NCBI GenBank assembly: GCA_963663805.2
Contig: CAXXMR010000012.1
Coordinates: 541,462-605,461, forward strand
DNA length: 64,000 nucleotides
Origin: Sedimentisphaerales bacterium
GTDB lineage: Bacteria > Planctomycetota > Phycisphaerae > Sedimentisphaerales > SM23-30
Direction of reading: 5' to 3'
The position numbers and the translations under genes were made by a program. Under the pieces are notes generated by a model. The model made no database searches and was not told the origin of the DNA. It saw only the letters and a list, made by a program, of their open reading frames with translations. This document shows, piece after piece, positions 19,324-28,081 of this stretch. How positions within the stretch are numbered: the first letter of the stretch is position 1; each line of letters opens with the position of its first letter.

Positions 19324-20181
19324 TTAACTGCGTGCGTATTCACCAAATTTGGTTAGTAACTCACGCGTGATTGGCCCTGGTTTGCCGGCGCCAATTACCC
19401 GGCCGTCAATCTCGACGATGCCGATAACCTCTGCGGCTGTGCCGGTCAGGAACATTTCATCTGCCGTATACAAATCATACCGGGTCAGATTTTCTTCCCG
19501 CACCGGATAACCATTTTCCCGGGCCAGCTTCATGACCACCGCACGGGTGATGCCCGGCAGCGAACCGGCACTGGCCGGCGGGGTGATGACCGAGCCGTTT
19601 TTGACTACAAACACATTATCGCCGGTAGCTTCGGCGACATAGCCCTGATGATTATACATAATCGCTTCCAGTACATCGTTGTCCAGGGCTTCGATCTTGG
19701 CCACGATATTATTAAGGTAGTTTAGGCTCTTGATCTGAGGACTCAGGCTTTGCGGATGATTCCTTATTATGCTCGAACTGATAACCCGCAGGCCGTTATC
19801 GTAAAGCTCACACGGGTACAACTGAATATGCGCCGCGATGATTATTAACTGAGAATTTTTACACAGCCGCGGACTCAATCCTAAATCACCTATCCCGCGC
19901 GTGAGAATTAACCGGATATAACCATTTTCAATCCCGTTGGCCTTGACGGTCTGTTCGACCTGGCCTATCAGTTCTTCCTTAGTGCCCGGCATCTTCAAAC
20001 GGATGGCCTTGGCTGAATCGTACAAACGGTCAATATGGGCCTGATGCTCAAATACCTTGCCGCAGTAGACCCGAATCCCTTCGAACACTCCGTCGCCATA
20101 AAGCAAACCATGGTCAAAAACTGAAACCATAGCCTTGGATTCGTCCACCAGCCGGTCATTTAGCCATATCTTAAGACCCAT
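19324..20181 (-). CDS. ilvE: Branched-chain amino acid aminotransferase
   Basis: DHGLLYGDGVFEGIR, IKSLNYLN, EATGDN, LPGITR, FLTGTAAE. Confidence 0.95.
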   Translation of the reverse strand: MGLKIWLNDRLVDESKAMVSVFDHGLLYGDGVFEGIRVYCGKVFEHQAHIDRLYDSAKAIRLKMPGTKEELIGQVEQTVKANGIENGYIRLILTRGIGDLGLSPRLCKNSQLIIIAAHIQLYPCELYDNGLRVISSSIIRNHPQSLSPQIKSLNYLNNIVAKIEALDNDVLEAIMYNHQGYVAEATGDNVFVVKNGSVITPPASAGSLPGITRAVVMKLARENGYPVREENLTRYDLYTADEMFLTGTAAEVIGIVEIDGRVIGAGKPGPITRELLTKFGEYARS

Positions 20182-20242
20182 ATTATTACCTATTTTACTT
20201 ATATTGCCTATATTCTAACAACCAAACGCCTGGTCGTCAGTT

Positions 20243-20932
20243 TTACTCCATTAATCCATCACGCAGCACCAATGTCCGGTTGACTCCGGCGGCCACCGCT
20301 GAGTCGTGAGTCACCATAACTATTGTCTGGCCTGCCCGGTTCAACCGCCACAGAAGCTCTAGGATAACCTTTCCTGCTGCGGAGTCAAGATTTCCTGTGG
20401 GTTCATCAGCTAATAATAATTTTGGGCCTGCCATTAACGCTCGTGCCAGTGCCGCCCGTTGGCGTTCCCCGCCCGAAAGGGTTGTTGGTCGCTGAGCCGC
20501 CTGAGGTGTCAATCCGACTTCTTCGATAAGCTCGTCAGCCCGCTGCCGGGCATTTTTACCATTTTTCAACCAGCCCAGCCAGCTTTGGCCCACCATGGCC
20601 GGCAGCAGTACATTTTCCCGAACCGTCAGTTCCGGCAGCAGATGGTAAAACTGAAATACAAATCCCATATCCTTATTACGTATCTTATCCTGCCGCCTCG
20701 CTCCGGCCTTGAGCATATCTTCCCCCTCAAACTCTACCGAGCCGGTGTCAGCCTTGTCCAGCAGGCCCATGATATGCAATAGCGTACTTTTGCCGCTGCC
20801 GCTGGCACCCATAATCGCCAGAAACTCACCCCGCTGCACCGACAGGTCCACGCCACGCAGGACTTCCTGACGGGCCTTACCCAGCGTATAACTTTTTCGC
20901 AAGCCGGTTACCCGTATTATCAAATCACTCAT
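20243..20932 (-). CDS. ABC transporter ATP-binding protein, LolD-like
   Basis: GASGSGKS, GFVFQFYHLL, LSGGERQR, LLADEPTGNLD, VTHD. Confidence 0.9.
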   Translation of the reverse strand: MSDLIIRVTGLRKSYTLGKARQEVLRGVDLSVQRGEFLAIMGASGSGKSTLLHIMGLLDKADTGSVEFEGEDMLKAGARRQDKIRNKDMGFVFQFYHLLPELTVRENVLLPAMVGQSWLGWLKNGKNARQRADELIEEVGLTPQAAQRPTTLSGGERQRAALARALMAGPKLLLADEPTGNLDSAAGKVILELLWRLNRAGQTIVMVTHDSAVAAGVNRTLVLRDGLME

Positions 20933-20971
20933 TGACTTTACCTTTACCTTAACTTTTGCAAAACTCCAGCT

Positions 20972-23239
20972 TTATTTCTTCCGGGCCTGAGACAGCATAT
21001 CGCCGAAGGTCAAACCACCTCCCGACGAGGCTTTGGGATGAGGCTTTTTATTCCCGCTTGTGTGAGAAGTTTGTGGCGTATTGATTTTTCTGACCGGTTT
21101 GGAATTGGGTGCGGTTTTCATTGAAAACGCTATGCGTTTACGTGGTACGTCAACAGAAACCACAGTTACCGAGACTTTTTGATGAACCTTAACATGGTCC
21201 GCCGGGTCTTTGACAAACTCGTCCGCCAGCTCGCTGATATGCACCAGTCCATCCTGATGAACTCCGATATCAACAAAAGCGCCAAACGCTGTAATATTGG
21301 TTACGATGCCGGGCAGTTTCATGCCTTCTTCGAGGTCTTCGATTTTCTCCACGCCTTCAGCGAAAGAGAATATCTCAAACTTTTCACGCGGGTCGCGCCC
21401 CGGCTTGGACAGCTCACCCATAATATCGGTGAGGGTCGGCAGGCCGAATTTATCGGTAACGTATTTTTGTAAATCAATTTTATTACGCAACTGACCGTCC
21501 CGCATTAAGTCCATTACGGTGCAGTTCTGAGCTTTTGCCATCGCGTCTACTACTTCGTAACTTTCCGGATGTACCGCACTGCTGTCGAGCGGATTTTTTC
21601 CGTCCCGAATCCGCAAAAATCCCGCTGCCTGTTCAAAGGCCTTACTGCCCAGCCGGGTAACTTTTTTCAAATCAGTACGGCTCTGGAACGGCCCGTTCTC
21701 GTTACGATAATTTACAATATTTTGAGCCAGCACCGGCCCCAAACCTGAAACATAAGTCAAAAGCTGTTTGCTGGCGGTGTTGACTTCCACGCCCACATTA
21801 TTTACACAACTGATTACCACGTCATCCAGTTTTTTCTTCAAGGCCGTCTGGTCAACGTCATGCTGATACTGGCCCACCCCGATACTCTTGGGATCAATCT
21901 TGACCAGTTCTGCCAGCGGGTCCATCAACCGCCGTCCAATCGAGACCGCGCCGCGAACCGTCAGGTCATATTCGCCAAACTCTTCACGGGCCGCCTCCGA
22001 AGCAGAATAAACTGACGCACCGCTTTCGTTTACCATCACTACCGTGATTTCTTTGCCCAGCCCCGCCCCGCGTATAAACGTTTCGGTTTCCCGGCTGGCG
22101 GTGCCGTTGCCAATCGCCACCGCTTCTATTGAAAACTGTTGGCACAGTTCCCGCACCAGCGCCGCACCCTGCTCAGCCTTGCCCGAACCGCTATGCGGAT
22201 AAATCACATCATTGTGCAAAAGCTTACCCTGCTTATCCAGACAGACAATCTTGCATCCTGTCCGAAAAGCCGGGTCAACCGCCAGCATATTTTTCTGTCC
22301 TAATGGTGCCGCCAGAAGCAATTGACGCAAATTCTCCGCAAACACTCTAATCGCTTCTTCGTCCGCTTGCTTCTTACTCTCCAGCCGTAATTCCGTCTGC
22401 ATCGACAAACTCAGTAATCGCTTAAACGAATCTTCACCCGCCAGTTTTACCTGGGCCGCCGCGGCATTATCCGCCTTGACAAACCCGCGACACACAAGCG
22501 CCACCGCTCGCTCTTCCGGCACGATAATCCGCAGAGTAAGCACCTTCTCAGCCTCGCCTCGCCGCATTGCCAATACCCGATGCGAAGGTGCATTCTTAAT
22601 CGGTTCTTGCCAGTCGAAATAATCTTTGAACTTCGCCCCTTCTTCTTCCTTGTCCTTCATCAGCTTACTGACAAACATCCCTTCGGCTGTATAAAAATCA
22701 CGCAGCCTTTCCCGTGTATCCTTATCTTCACTCATCCACTCGGCGATAATATCACGCGCCCCGGCTAGTGCTTCCTCAGTCGAATGGACTTCTTTTTCCT
22801 TATCAATATATTTTGCTGCTTCAGCCTCAACCTCGAAATTTTCCTGCTCCCGCAGTTTTATCGCCAACGGCTCCAGCCCTTTTTCTTTAGCGATGGTTGC
22901 CCGCGTCCGCCGTTTGGGTCTGTAGGGCAAATAAATATCTTCCAGCTCGACCATTGTTTCGGCGGCCATGACCTTGCCTTTGAGTTCATCGTTCAGATGG
23001 CCGTGCTGCTCCAGCGAAGCAAGTATCGCCTCCCGTCTCTTGTCCAGTTCCTGCAACTGCTCCCAGCGGTCACGAATCCCCATTACCGCCACTTCATCCA
23101 GCATACCCGTAGCTTCTTTACGATAGCGGGCGATAAAAGGCACCGTCCCGCCGTCTTCCAGCAGACCCATTACCGCTTCTACCTGCTTATCCTTAATTTG
23201 CAGTTCCTGCCCAATCCGTTCGGCGTACAACAATCCCAT
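20972..23239 (-). CDS. tex: Tex family RNA-binding transcriptional accessory protein
   Basis: TVPFIARYRKE, DPAFRTGCK, VNESGASVYSAS, HhH repeats, C-terminal S1 domain. Confidence 0.95.
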   Translation of the reverse strand: MGLLYAERIGQELQIKDKQVEAVMGLLEDGGTVPFIARYRKEATGMLDEVAVMGIRDRWEQLQELDKRREAILASLEQHGHLNDELKGKVMAAETMVELEDIYLPYRPKRRTRATIAKEKGLEPLAIKLREQENFEVEAEAAKYIDKEKEVHSTEEALAGARDIIAEWMSEDKDTRERLRDFYTAEGMFVSKLMKDKEEEGAKFKDYFDWQEPIKNAPSHRVLAMRRGEAEKVLTLRIIVPEERAVALVCRGFVKADNAAAAQVKLAGEDSFKRLLSLSMQTELRLESKKQADEEAIRVFAENLRQLLLAAPLGQKNMLAVDPAFRTGCKIVCLDKQGKLLHNDVIYPHSGSGKAEQGAALVRELCQQFSIEAVAIGNGTASRETETFIRGAGLGKEITVVMVNESGASVYSASEAAREEFGEYDLTVRGAVSIGRRLMDPLAELVKIDPKSIGVGQYQHDVDQTALKKKLDDVVISCVNNVGVEVNTASKQLLTYVSGLGPVLAQNIVNYRNENGPFQSRTDLKKVTRLGSKAFEQAAGFLRIRDGKNPLDSSAVHPESYEVVDAMAKAQNCTVMDLMRDGQLRNKIDLQKYVTDKFGLPTLTDIMGELSKPGRDPREKFEIFSFAEGVEKIEDLEEGMKLPGIVTNITAFGAFVDIGVHQDGLVHISELADEFVKDPADHVKVHQKVSVTVVSVDVPRKRIAFSMKTAPNSKPVRKINTPQTSHTSGNKKPHPKASSGGGLTFGDMLSQARKK

Positions 23240-23322
23240 AAAAAAATCAATGCCTCCGCTATGTATAAAAATAATATTCGCTGGACAACTATATAAGTAA
23301 TCCCGCTTTTATGAAATTAAAA

Positions 23323-24111
23323 TCAATCGAGTCTTTCAAAACGGCAAACCGCCCGCCAGATTCCATTTACGCGTTCCGGCGGTAGAATCTGGGGCGCGTA
23401 ACTACAATTTCTCGGCTGCAAACGAATCGTCCTGTCACTTTCAAAAAATATCTGCTTGAATGTGGTTTCGTGCGGGTCGGTCATGCGTACAAAACAATCA
23501 TCGCCGTTACGCACTTCCAGGGCCGGCGAGAAGATTAAAATATCGCCCTGCCTGAACTTAGGTTCCATTGAGTCACCGACGATTCTTACTGCGAAGGCGT
23601 TGGGGTCATGCAGGTCGGGGCAGCGTACGTATTCATCGGCACCGCCGGGCGGATAGCCCTTGTCGTCGTAGTCAACGGGGTAACCCGCTGCTACATCATT
23701 GATTACGGGTACTAATCGGCCAGCTGTTTGCAGATGCACGACATTATCCGCTCCGGCGTCCAGGGCTTCCCGGGTTTTATCATCTTTTAATAAGTCATCA
23801 ATACTGGCCCCGCCTTCCACTATTTTTTGCATAAGTGCCCGCCAGTGCTCGTTTTGTGCTTGGCTTTGTTCGAATGCCTGGCGTACATCTGCGGGTAATC
23901 TTTCGAGGTGTGCCATGTGGAGGAGCAGGCCGGTCTCGAACTTAAGTGCTTTTTCCAGGCGTACTAACAGCTCGTCGGCGGGCGGATTTTTGACCCGGCC
24001 GGTCTCAACGGTTGATAGATAGGGCTTACTGTATTCCGTTAAACGACTTACGTCGTCGAGGGTGAGCCCCAGCTCTTCACGTTTTTGTCTAATTACCTTC
24101 CCTAGTGCCAT
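23323..24111 (-). CDS. XRE-family HTH + S24 peptidase repressor (CI/LexA-like)
   Basis: N-terminal LGKVIRQKREELGLTL...SKPYLSTVETG; VAAG cleavage-type site; GDSMEP (Ser) and TTFKQ (Lys) dyad. Confidence 0.93.
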   Translation of the reverse strand: MALGKVIRQKREELGLTLDDVSRLTEYSKPYLSTVETGRVKNPPADELLVRLEKALKFETGLLLHMAHLERLPADVRQAFEQSQAQNEHWRALMQKIVEGGASIDDLLKDDKTREALDAGADNVVHLQTAGRLVPVINDVAAGYPVDYDDKGYPPGGADEYVRCPDLHDPNAFAVRIVGDSMEPKFRQGDILIFSPALEVRNGDDCFVRMTDPHETTFKQIFFESDRTIRLQPRNCSYAPQILPPERVNGIWRAVCRFERLD

Positions 24112-24237
24112 TTATAAATACTCCTTTATTAAGGTCCGAAAGTTTACCTATCTTCACACGTCAGTAAAAATATACATCGCAAATGTTCCTTACGCAACTT
24201 ATTTTTAATAATTTTTCACAAAAAATCTAACTTTTAT

Positions 24238-24266
24238 TTGCTTTTTGTCGAAAAATAGGGTAATAT
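24238..24266 (+). promoter_or_regulatory. Sigma-70-type promoter for the rightward module
   Basis: TTGCTT-17bp-TAATAT in the AT-rich spacer divergent from the repressor. Confidence 0.55.
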
Positions 24267-24316
24267 TTAATTAAGTTTGGTGTCTATTTAACATATTTTA
24301 TTGTGAGGGTAGAAAA

Positions 24317-24766
24317 ATGACAAAAACAGCTTCTTTCACGGACTTCGTCACTGGCCGGGCCAACCAGGATGCGACCCTGGAGATTTTGCATAATCGTATT
24401 GACTGGCTGCGCACTCCGCAGCGTCGGCTGGTCTACCTTTATTATGTTCAGGGTTTGAGTTTTCACCAGTTGTCAGGGCTGACCGGTCAGAATGAATTTA
24501 CCCTCACCAAGCGTGTCCGGAACATTGCCCGTCGTCTGGTTCATTCCCCTTATGTTATTGTCAAGCGTCACCCGGATATTTTTGATTCTCGTGAGGCTCT
24601 GGTTGCATATGACAAATACCTGCTGGGTTCCGGTTATCGCGCGATTGCCCGTCGTTACGATCTTTCTGAATATCGAACGCGGAAGATTCTTACAACGATA
24701 AAGAGAAAAATAGACATGCTGCAAACTGCCGGGTGCCGACTTATGAACGGCAGCGGAAATATTTAA
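24317..24766 (+). CDS. Putative regulator with two tandem sigma-70 region-4-like HTH repeats
   Basis: LRTPQRRLVYLYYVQGLSFHQLSGLTG and FDSREALVAYDKYLLGSGYRAIARRYDLS both fit a sigma-4/HTH pattern. Confidence 0.72.
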   Translation: MTKTASFTDFVTGRANQDATLEILHNRIDWLRTPQRRLVYLYYVQGLSFHQLSGLTGQNEFTLTKRVRNIARRLVHSPYVIVKRHPDIFDSREALVAYDKYLLGSGYRAIARRYDLSEYRTRKILTTIKRKIDMLQTAGCRLMNGSGNI

Positions 24767-24810
24767 CCGCGGATTTTTTATTAAGAAGTGTAGTTTTCGG
24801 GGTCTTTTGA

Positions 24811-26257
24811 CAATCCTGTTCGGCACATTTATTGCTTAGATACAGTTTTTCTGTGGTCTTTCCGGTTCATGTGGTTTCGTGGGTTATCCCTTGGTGGGGC
24901 TGTCCGTGCCGGCTATTTGGGCGCAGCATCAGCGGCGGCGGCGATTTTTTTGAGGATCGGCCTTAGTTTTGGCTTTGGAGTTTATTGATATGGTTCTGCA
25001 TTTCTTGCTCGTCGGCCATGCCGCAGAGGTGCCAGCAGAGCATTTCGTAGGTTCTTAAAGTTGGTTTTTTGCCCGTCCACAGGCTGATCAGCATACAGGC
25101 GATAATCGCGGCGTACATCTGTAGTTCGATACCGTTTTCGCAGAGGCTTAGCAGATGTCGGCAGCCCAGCACATGCTTAAAAAAGCGGAAAAATATTTCG
25201 ATGGCCCAGCGTTTCTGATAGAGCAGGGCAATGACTTCGGCGTCCAGGTCCAGCCGGTCGGTGGCAATCAAAATCATCTCACTCTGACGTGGTCCCTGGC
25301 CCCGTTTCAAATGCGGTTGACATTCAACCGCTATCAGGCGTAACGGTTGTTTGAAATCTTCCCGCAGTTTTTCACTGCTGCCGGCGATTACCGTACGATC
25401 AAAAATTATCCCCGCTTTTCGAGCATCTTCAGTTAAAGGTTTTTCCTGAATAGTTTCGTAAACCGTATCCTCACGCAGCCGACAGACAAAAGAGCTTTTA
25501 CTATCCACAATGGCCTGAAACAGCTTAAAACAGGCATATCCGCGATCATTGACATAAATCCGGCCGGGCTGAAGATTCTCTAAAAAAACCTTTCGCTCAT
25601 CAGACTTGTCTTCACTGATATTTATTTTCAGAGGCACATATTTTTCCAGATCAAACTGAGTGTGTGCTTTAATTCCGGGTTTGTCGGTGTCCCAGGCAGC
25701 CTGAGTGAGTTTTTGCAAAGCCTGAATACTGTTGCCGTCCACCAGGGTAATGACCTGACCGACTTCCAGTTTTTTGTCCTGAGATATCGGCCCTAACTGC
25801 TCAGTGAGTTGAGCGATTATCGGCTCTAACAAAGAACTCTCAAAAACCCGGGATGCTTCCGAAAGCGAACCCAGCGAAGCACGCGAACAACCCAACAGCC
25901 GCTGTACCTTTTTGAGCTCGCCGGCCTGCTGCAAAGACCGGATGGAACTGCAGATCGGATTGAACATGTATAACAGCAGCAGACTGACATACTGGTCCAT
26001 GAATAATGTGCGATTGCCGGCCCGGTCCCGCTCACATCCCGCCGAGTGAAGACCTTTCAGCAGAGCCGAGAGGGACTTGAAATACTTGAACCCACGCAGG
26101 TCCCGCTCCTTGATTTTCTGACGCTTAGCACTCATGCCTCCTATTAGAGCATAAATATCCCTCGAGCGCAAATTACCTATCTTAACATTTCGGGTTTTTT
26201 TTAAAAAAAATACAGGAGGCCAAAAGCCTAAAGCAATAAATGTGCCGAACAGGATTG
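24811..26257 (-). mobile_element. IS4-family insertion sequence, 1447 bp
   Basis: Perfect 27-bp terminal IRs CAATCCTGTTCGGCACATTTATTGCTT (24811-24837 and 26231-26257); 9-bp target duplication GTCTTTTGA (24802-24810, 26258-26266). Confidence 0.96.
24963..26135 (-). CDS. IS4-family DDE transposase
   Basis: LVDG, NDRGY, Y..RW.IE.FFR..K (YREK) motif; ATG 26135 with GGAGG RBS. Confidence 0.95.
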   Translation of the reverse strand: MSAKRQKIKERDLRGFKYFKSLSALLKGLHSAGCERDRAGNRTLFMDQYVSLLLLYMFNPICSSIRSLQQAGELKKVQRLLGCSRASLGSLSEASRVFESSLLEPIIAQLTEQLGPISQDKKLEVGQVITLVDGNSIQALQKLTQAAWDTDKPGIKAHTQFDLEKYVPLKINISEDKSDERKVFLENLQPGRIYVNDRGYACFKLFQAIVDSKSSFVCRLREDTVYETIQEKPLTEDARKAGIIFDRTVIAGSSEKLREDFKQPLRLIAVECQPHLKRGQGPRQSEMILIATDRLDLDAEVIALLYQKRWAIEIFFRFFKHVLGCRHLLSLCENGIELQMYAAIIACMLISLWTGKKPTLRTYEMLCWHLCGMADEQEMQNHINKLQSQN

Positions 26258-26309
26258 GTCTTTTGACGGAAAAAGCTGTGAACGGTTACGGGATTTATAG
26301 GAGGAAACC

Positions 26310-26972
26310 ATGACTACTTATACTCTTGAAAAAACTTTACGGACCGACGCTCCCGTTTCGGCGAAGGTAAGCGCGGTGGCTAACATGTTTGGTTTGGGGC
26401 TGGACCGCGCTAAGACTCTTAACATTATTGAAAGATGTAATATTGACATTAAGCCCGGCCAGGTTGTTTATATTACCGGTGCCAGCGGTGCGGGTAAGTC
26501 TTTACTGCTGAAACTCATTCATCAGCAAACCCCTGAAGCTCTCAATCTTGACGATGTTGAAATATCTCACGGCTGTCCGCTGGTTGATTGTTTTGTGAAT
26601 CCTCTGGACGAGACTTTGCAGTGGCTTAGTTGGGCGGGGATGTCGGACGCGTTCGCGATATTAAGGCGGCCAGAGGAATTGTCTGACGGTCAGCGGTATC
26701 GTTTTCGTTTGGCGATGGCTTTGGCTCGTAAGCCCGTGATGATATGTATAGATGAGTTTTGCGCGACTCTGGATCGTATCACGGCGGCGGTGGTGGCTCA
26801 TAATGTGCGGAAGTTCGCGGACCGGTTTAATACGACGTTTGTTATTGCGACGAGCCATGATGATTTGCTTGAAGATCTTGACCCTGATGTAATTGTTGTC
26901 AAGCATCTGGGCAGTCGGACGGATGTTTATTGTCCTCATCGAGGAAGGCAAGAGGGATTTAAGAAGGCATGA
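26310..26972 (+). CDS. Soluble ABC-type ATPase (N-terminal half of the COG2401-type ABC+acetyltransferase architecture)
   Basis: GASGAGKS, LSDGQRYR, CIDEFCATLD, ATSHDD; AGGAGG RBS; no permease nearby. Confidence 0.85.
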   Translation: MTTYTLEKTLRTDAPVSAKVSAVANMFGLGLDRAKTLNIIERCNIDIKPGQVVYITGASGAGKSLLLKLIHQQTPEALNLDDVEISHGCPLVDCFVNPLDETLQWLSWAGMSDAFAILRRPEELSDGQRYRFRLAMALARKPVMICIDEFCATLDRITAAVVAHNVRKFADRFNTTFVIATSHDDLLEDLDPDVIVVKHLGSRTDVYCPHRGRQEGFKKA

Positions 26973-27027
26973 GGGATGAGGCAAGAGTGAACGGCCAGGT
27001 TCCGCCTTTGGCGGAGTTTTTTTATTT
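26961..27027 (+). repeat. Repeat family A (GAGGCAT-type heptamers + GAGTGAACGGC.AGGT + hairpin), copy 1
   Basis: AAGAAGGCATGAGGGATGAGGCAAGAGTGAACGGCCAGGTTCCGCCTTTGGCGGAGTTTTTTT. Confidence 0.9.
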
Positions 27028-27045
27028 TGTTGTTGGTTTGGTTTT

Positions 27046-27807
27046 ATGATGGATGGACATTTTTGCACATTAAGGAAAAAGCTTGAGATTCGGCGGTCTG
27101 ATTTTGGGGCTTGGCATTGTCTGGCTTCGTATCATTACCGGCCTCACAGGTTTGGGCCTATCGACAGTATTTACGCGATTTATCCGCGTCAATCGCATCG
27201 TTTGTTTGGTCGGGAGCCGGTGGGGGTTATTGTTTATATGATGCCTGTCCCTCATAGTCATTTACGTAATCTCGCTACGGCCAATCGTTATGTCAATCTG
27301 GGTTCTGAGGGAGCGGCGTTGGCGATGCTTAATAAGGAGATTCGATGTATATCTCGTGTTGTTATTCATCCGCAGTATCGGGGGATTTCGTTAGCGACTT
27401 GGCTGGTGAAAGAGACTTTGCCGCTGATGAGTACACCGCTGGTGGAGGCGTCGGCGGTTATGGCACGAGTGAATCCCTTTTTTGAGCGGGCGGGGATGGT
27501 ACGTTATGATGGTCCGGCGACGGCTCAGTCGGTGTGTCTTGAGGAGGCGTTTGGTTATGTGGGGGTTGGCGAGGATGTTTATGGTAATGCGGCGCGGCTG
27601 GTTGAGGTTATTGAGGCGATGGGGGGGGAGAGGAGGAAATTTGTTATGCGGGAGTTGAAGTGTTTTTTGCGGTGTCATGTTACGGAGGTGCCGGGTGATT
27701 TGGGTGGGGTGGTTTCGCTGGCGGTTTATTATTTGCTTAGTCGGCCGGTTTATTTTTTGTGGGAGAATATTAACGGCATGGAAGAAGGCATGAGGCATGA
27801 GGCATGA
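27046..27807 (+). CDS. GNAT-fold acyltransferase (Mom-like / C-terminal half of COG2401-type proteins)
   Basis: N-terminal YHY, VGVIVY, ISRVVIHPQYRGISLA acyl-CoA motif, MARVNPFFERAGM. Confidence 0.78.
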   Translation: MMDGHFCTLRKKLEIRRSDFGAWHCLASYHYRPHRFGPIDSIYAIYPRQSHRLFGREPVGVIVYMMPVPHSHLRNLATANRYVNLGSEGAALAMLNKEIRCISRVVIHPQYRGISLATWLVKETLPLMSTPLVEASAVMARVNPFFERAGMVRYDGPATAQSVCLEEAFGYVGVGEDVYGNAARLVEVIEAMGGERRKFVMRELKCFLRCHVTEVPGDLGGVVSLAVYYLLSRPVYFLWENINGMEEGMRHEA

Positions 27808-27980
27808 GGCAAGAGTGAACGGCCAGGTTCCGCCTTTGGCGGAGTTTTTTTATTTAACGGCATGGAAGAAGGCACGAGGTATTTAAGAAGGCATGAGGCA
27901 TGAGGGATGGGGGATGAGGGAACGGCTTGGTTTCGGCCTTTGGCCGAGGGTTCTTATTTAACGGCAACGGCAACGGCAAC
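27781..27980 (+). repeat. Repeat family A, copies 2 and 3 in tandem, followed by (AACGGC)3
   Basis: 27804-27855 is identical to 26976-27027 (52 bp); next copy has hairpin TCGGCCTTTGGCCGA. Confidence 0.9.
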
Positions 27981-28002
27981 CGCTTACTGACGTGCGCGGC
28001 TC
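27979..28002 (+). repeat. Repeat family B, REP-like ACCGCTTACTGACGTGCGCGGCTC
   Basis: Also at 28782-28805, 28825-28848 and shortened at ~30946-30967. Confidence 0.8.
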
Positions 28003-28081
28003 TGAAATGTGTGTGGCTCTGATGGGTGAATTGAGGGCCTTAAGTTGACCTGATGATAAGTGAAAGTGAAGGAGTTTTGGA

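Noticed and set aside
26310..26972. ABC transporter subunit
   Set aside because: No permease or binding protein nearby; LSDGQ/DEF motifs and the GNAT neighbour fit the non-transport COG2401 type
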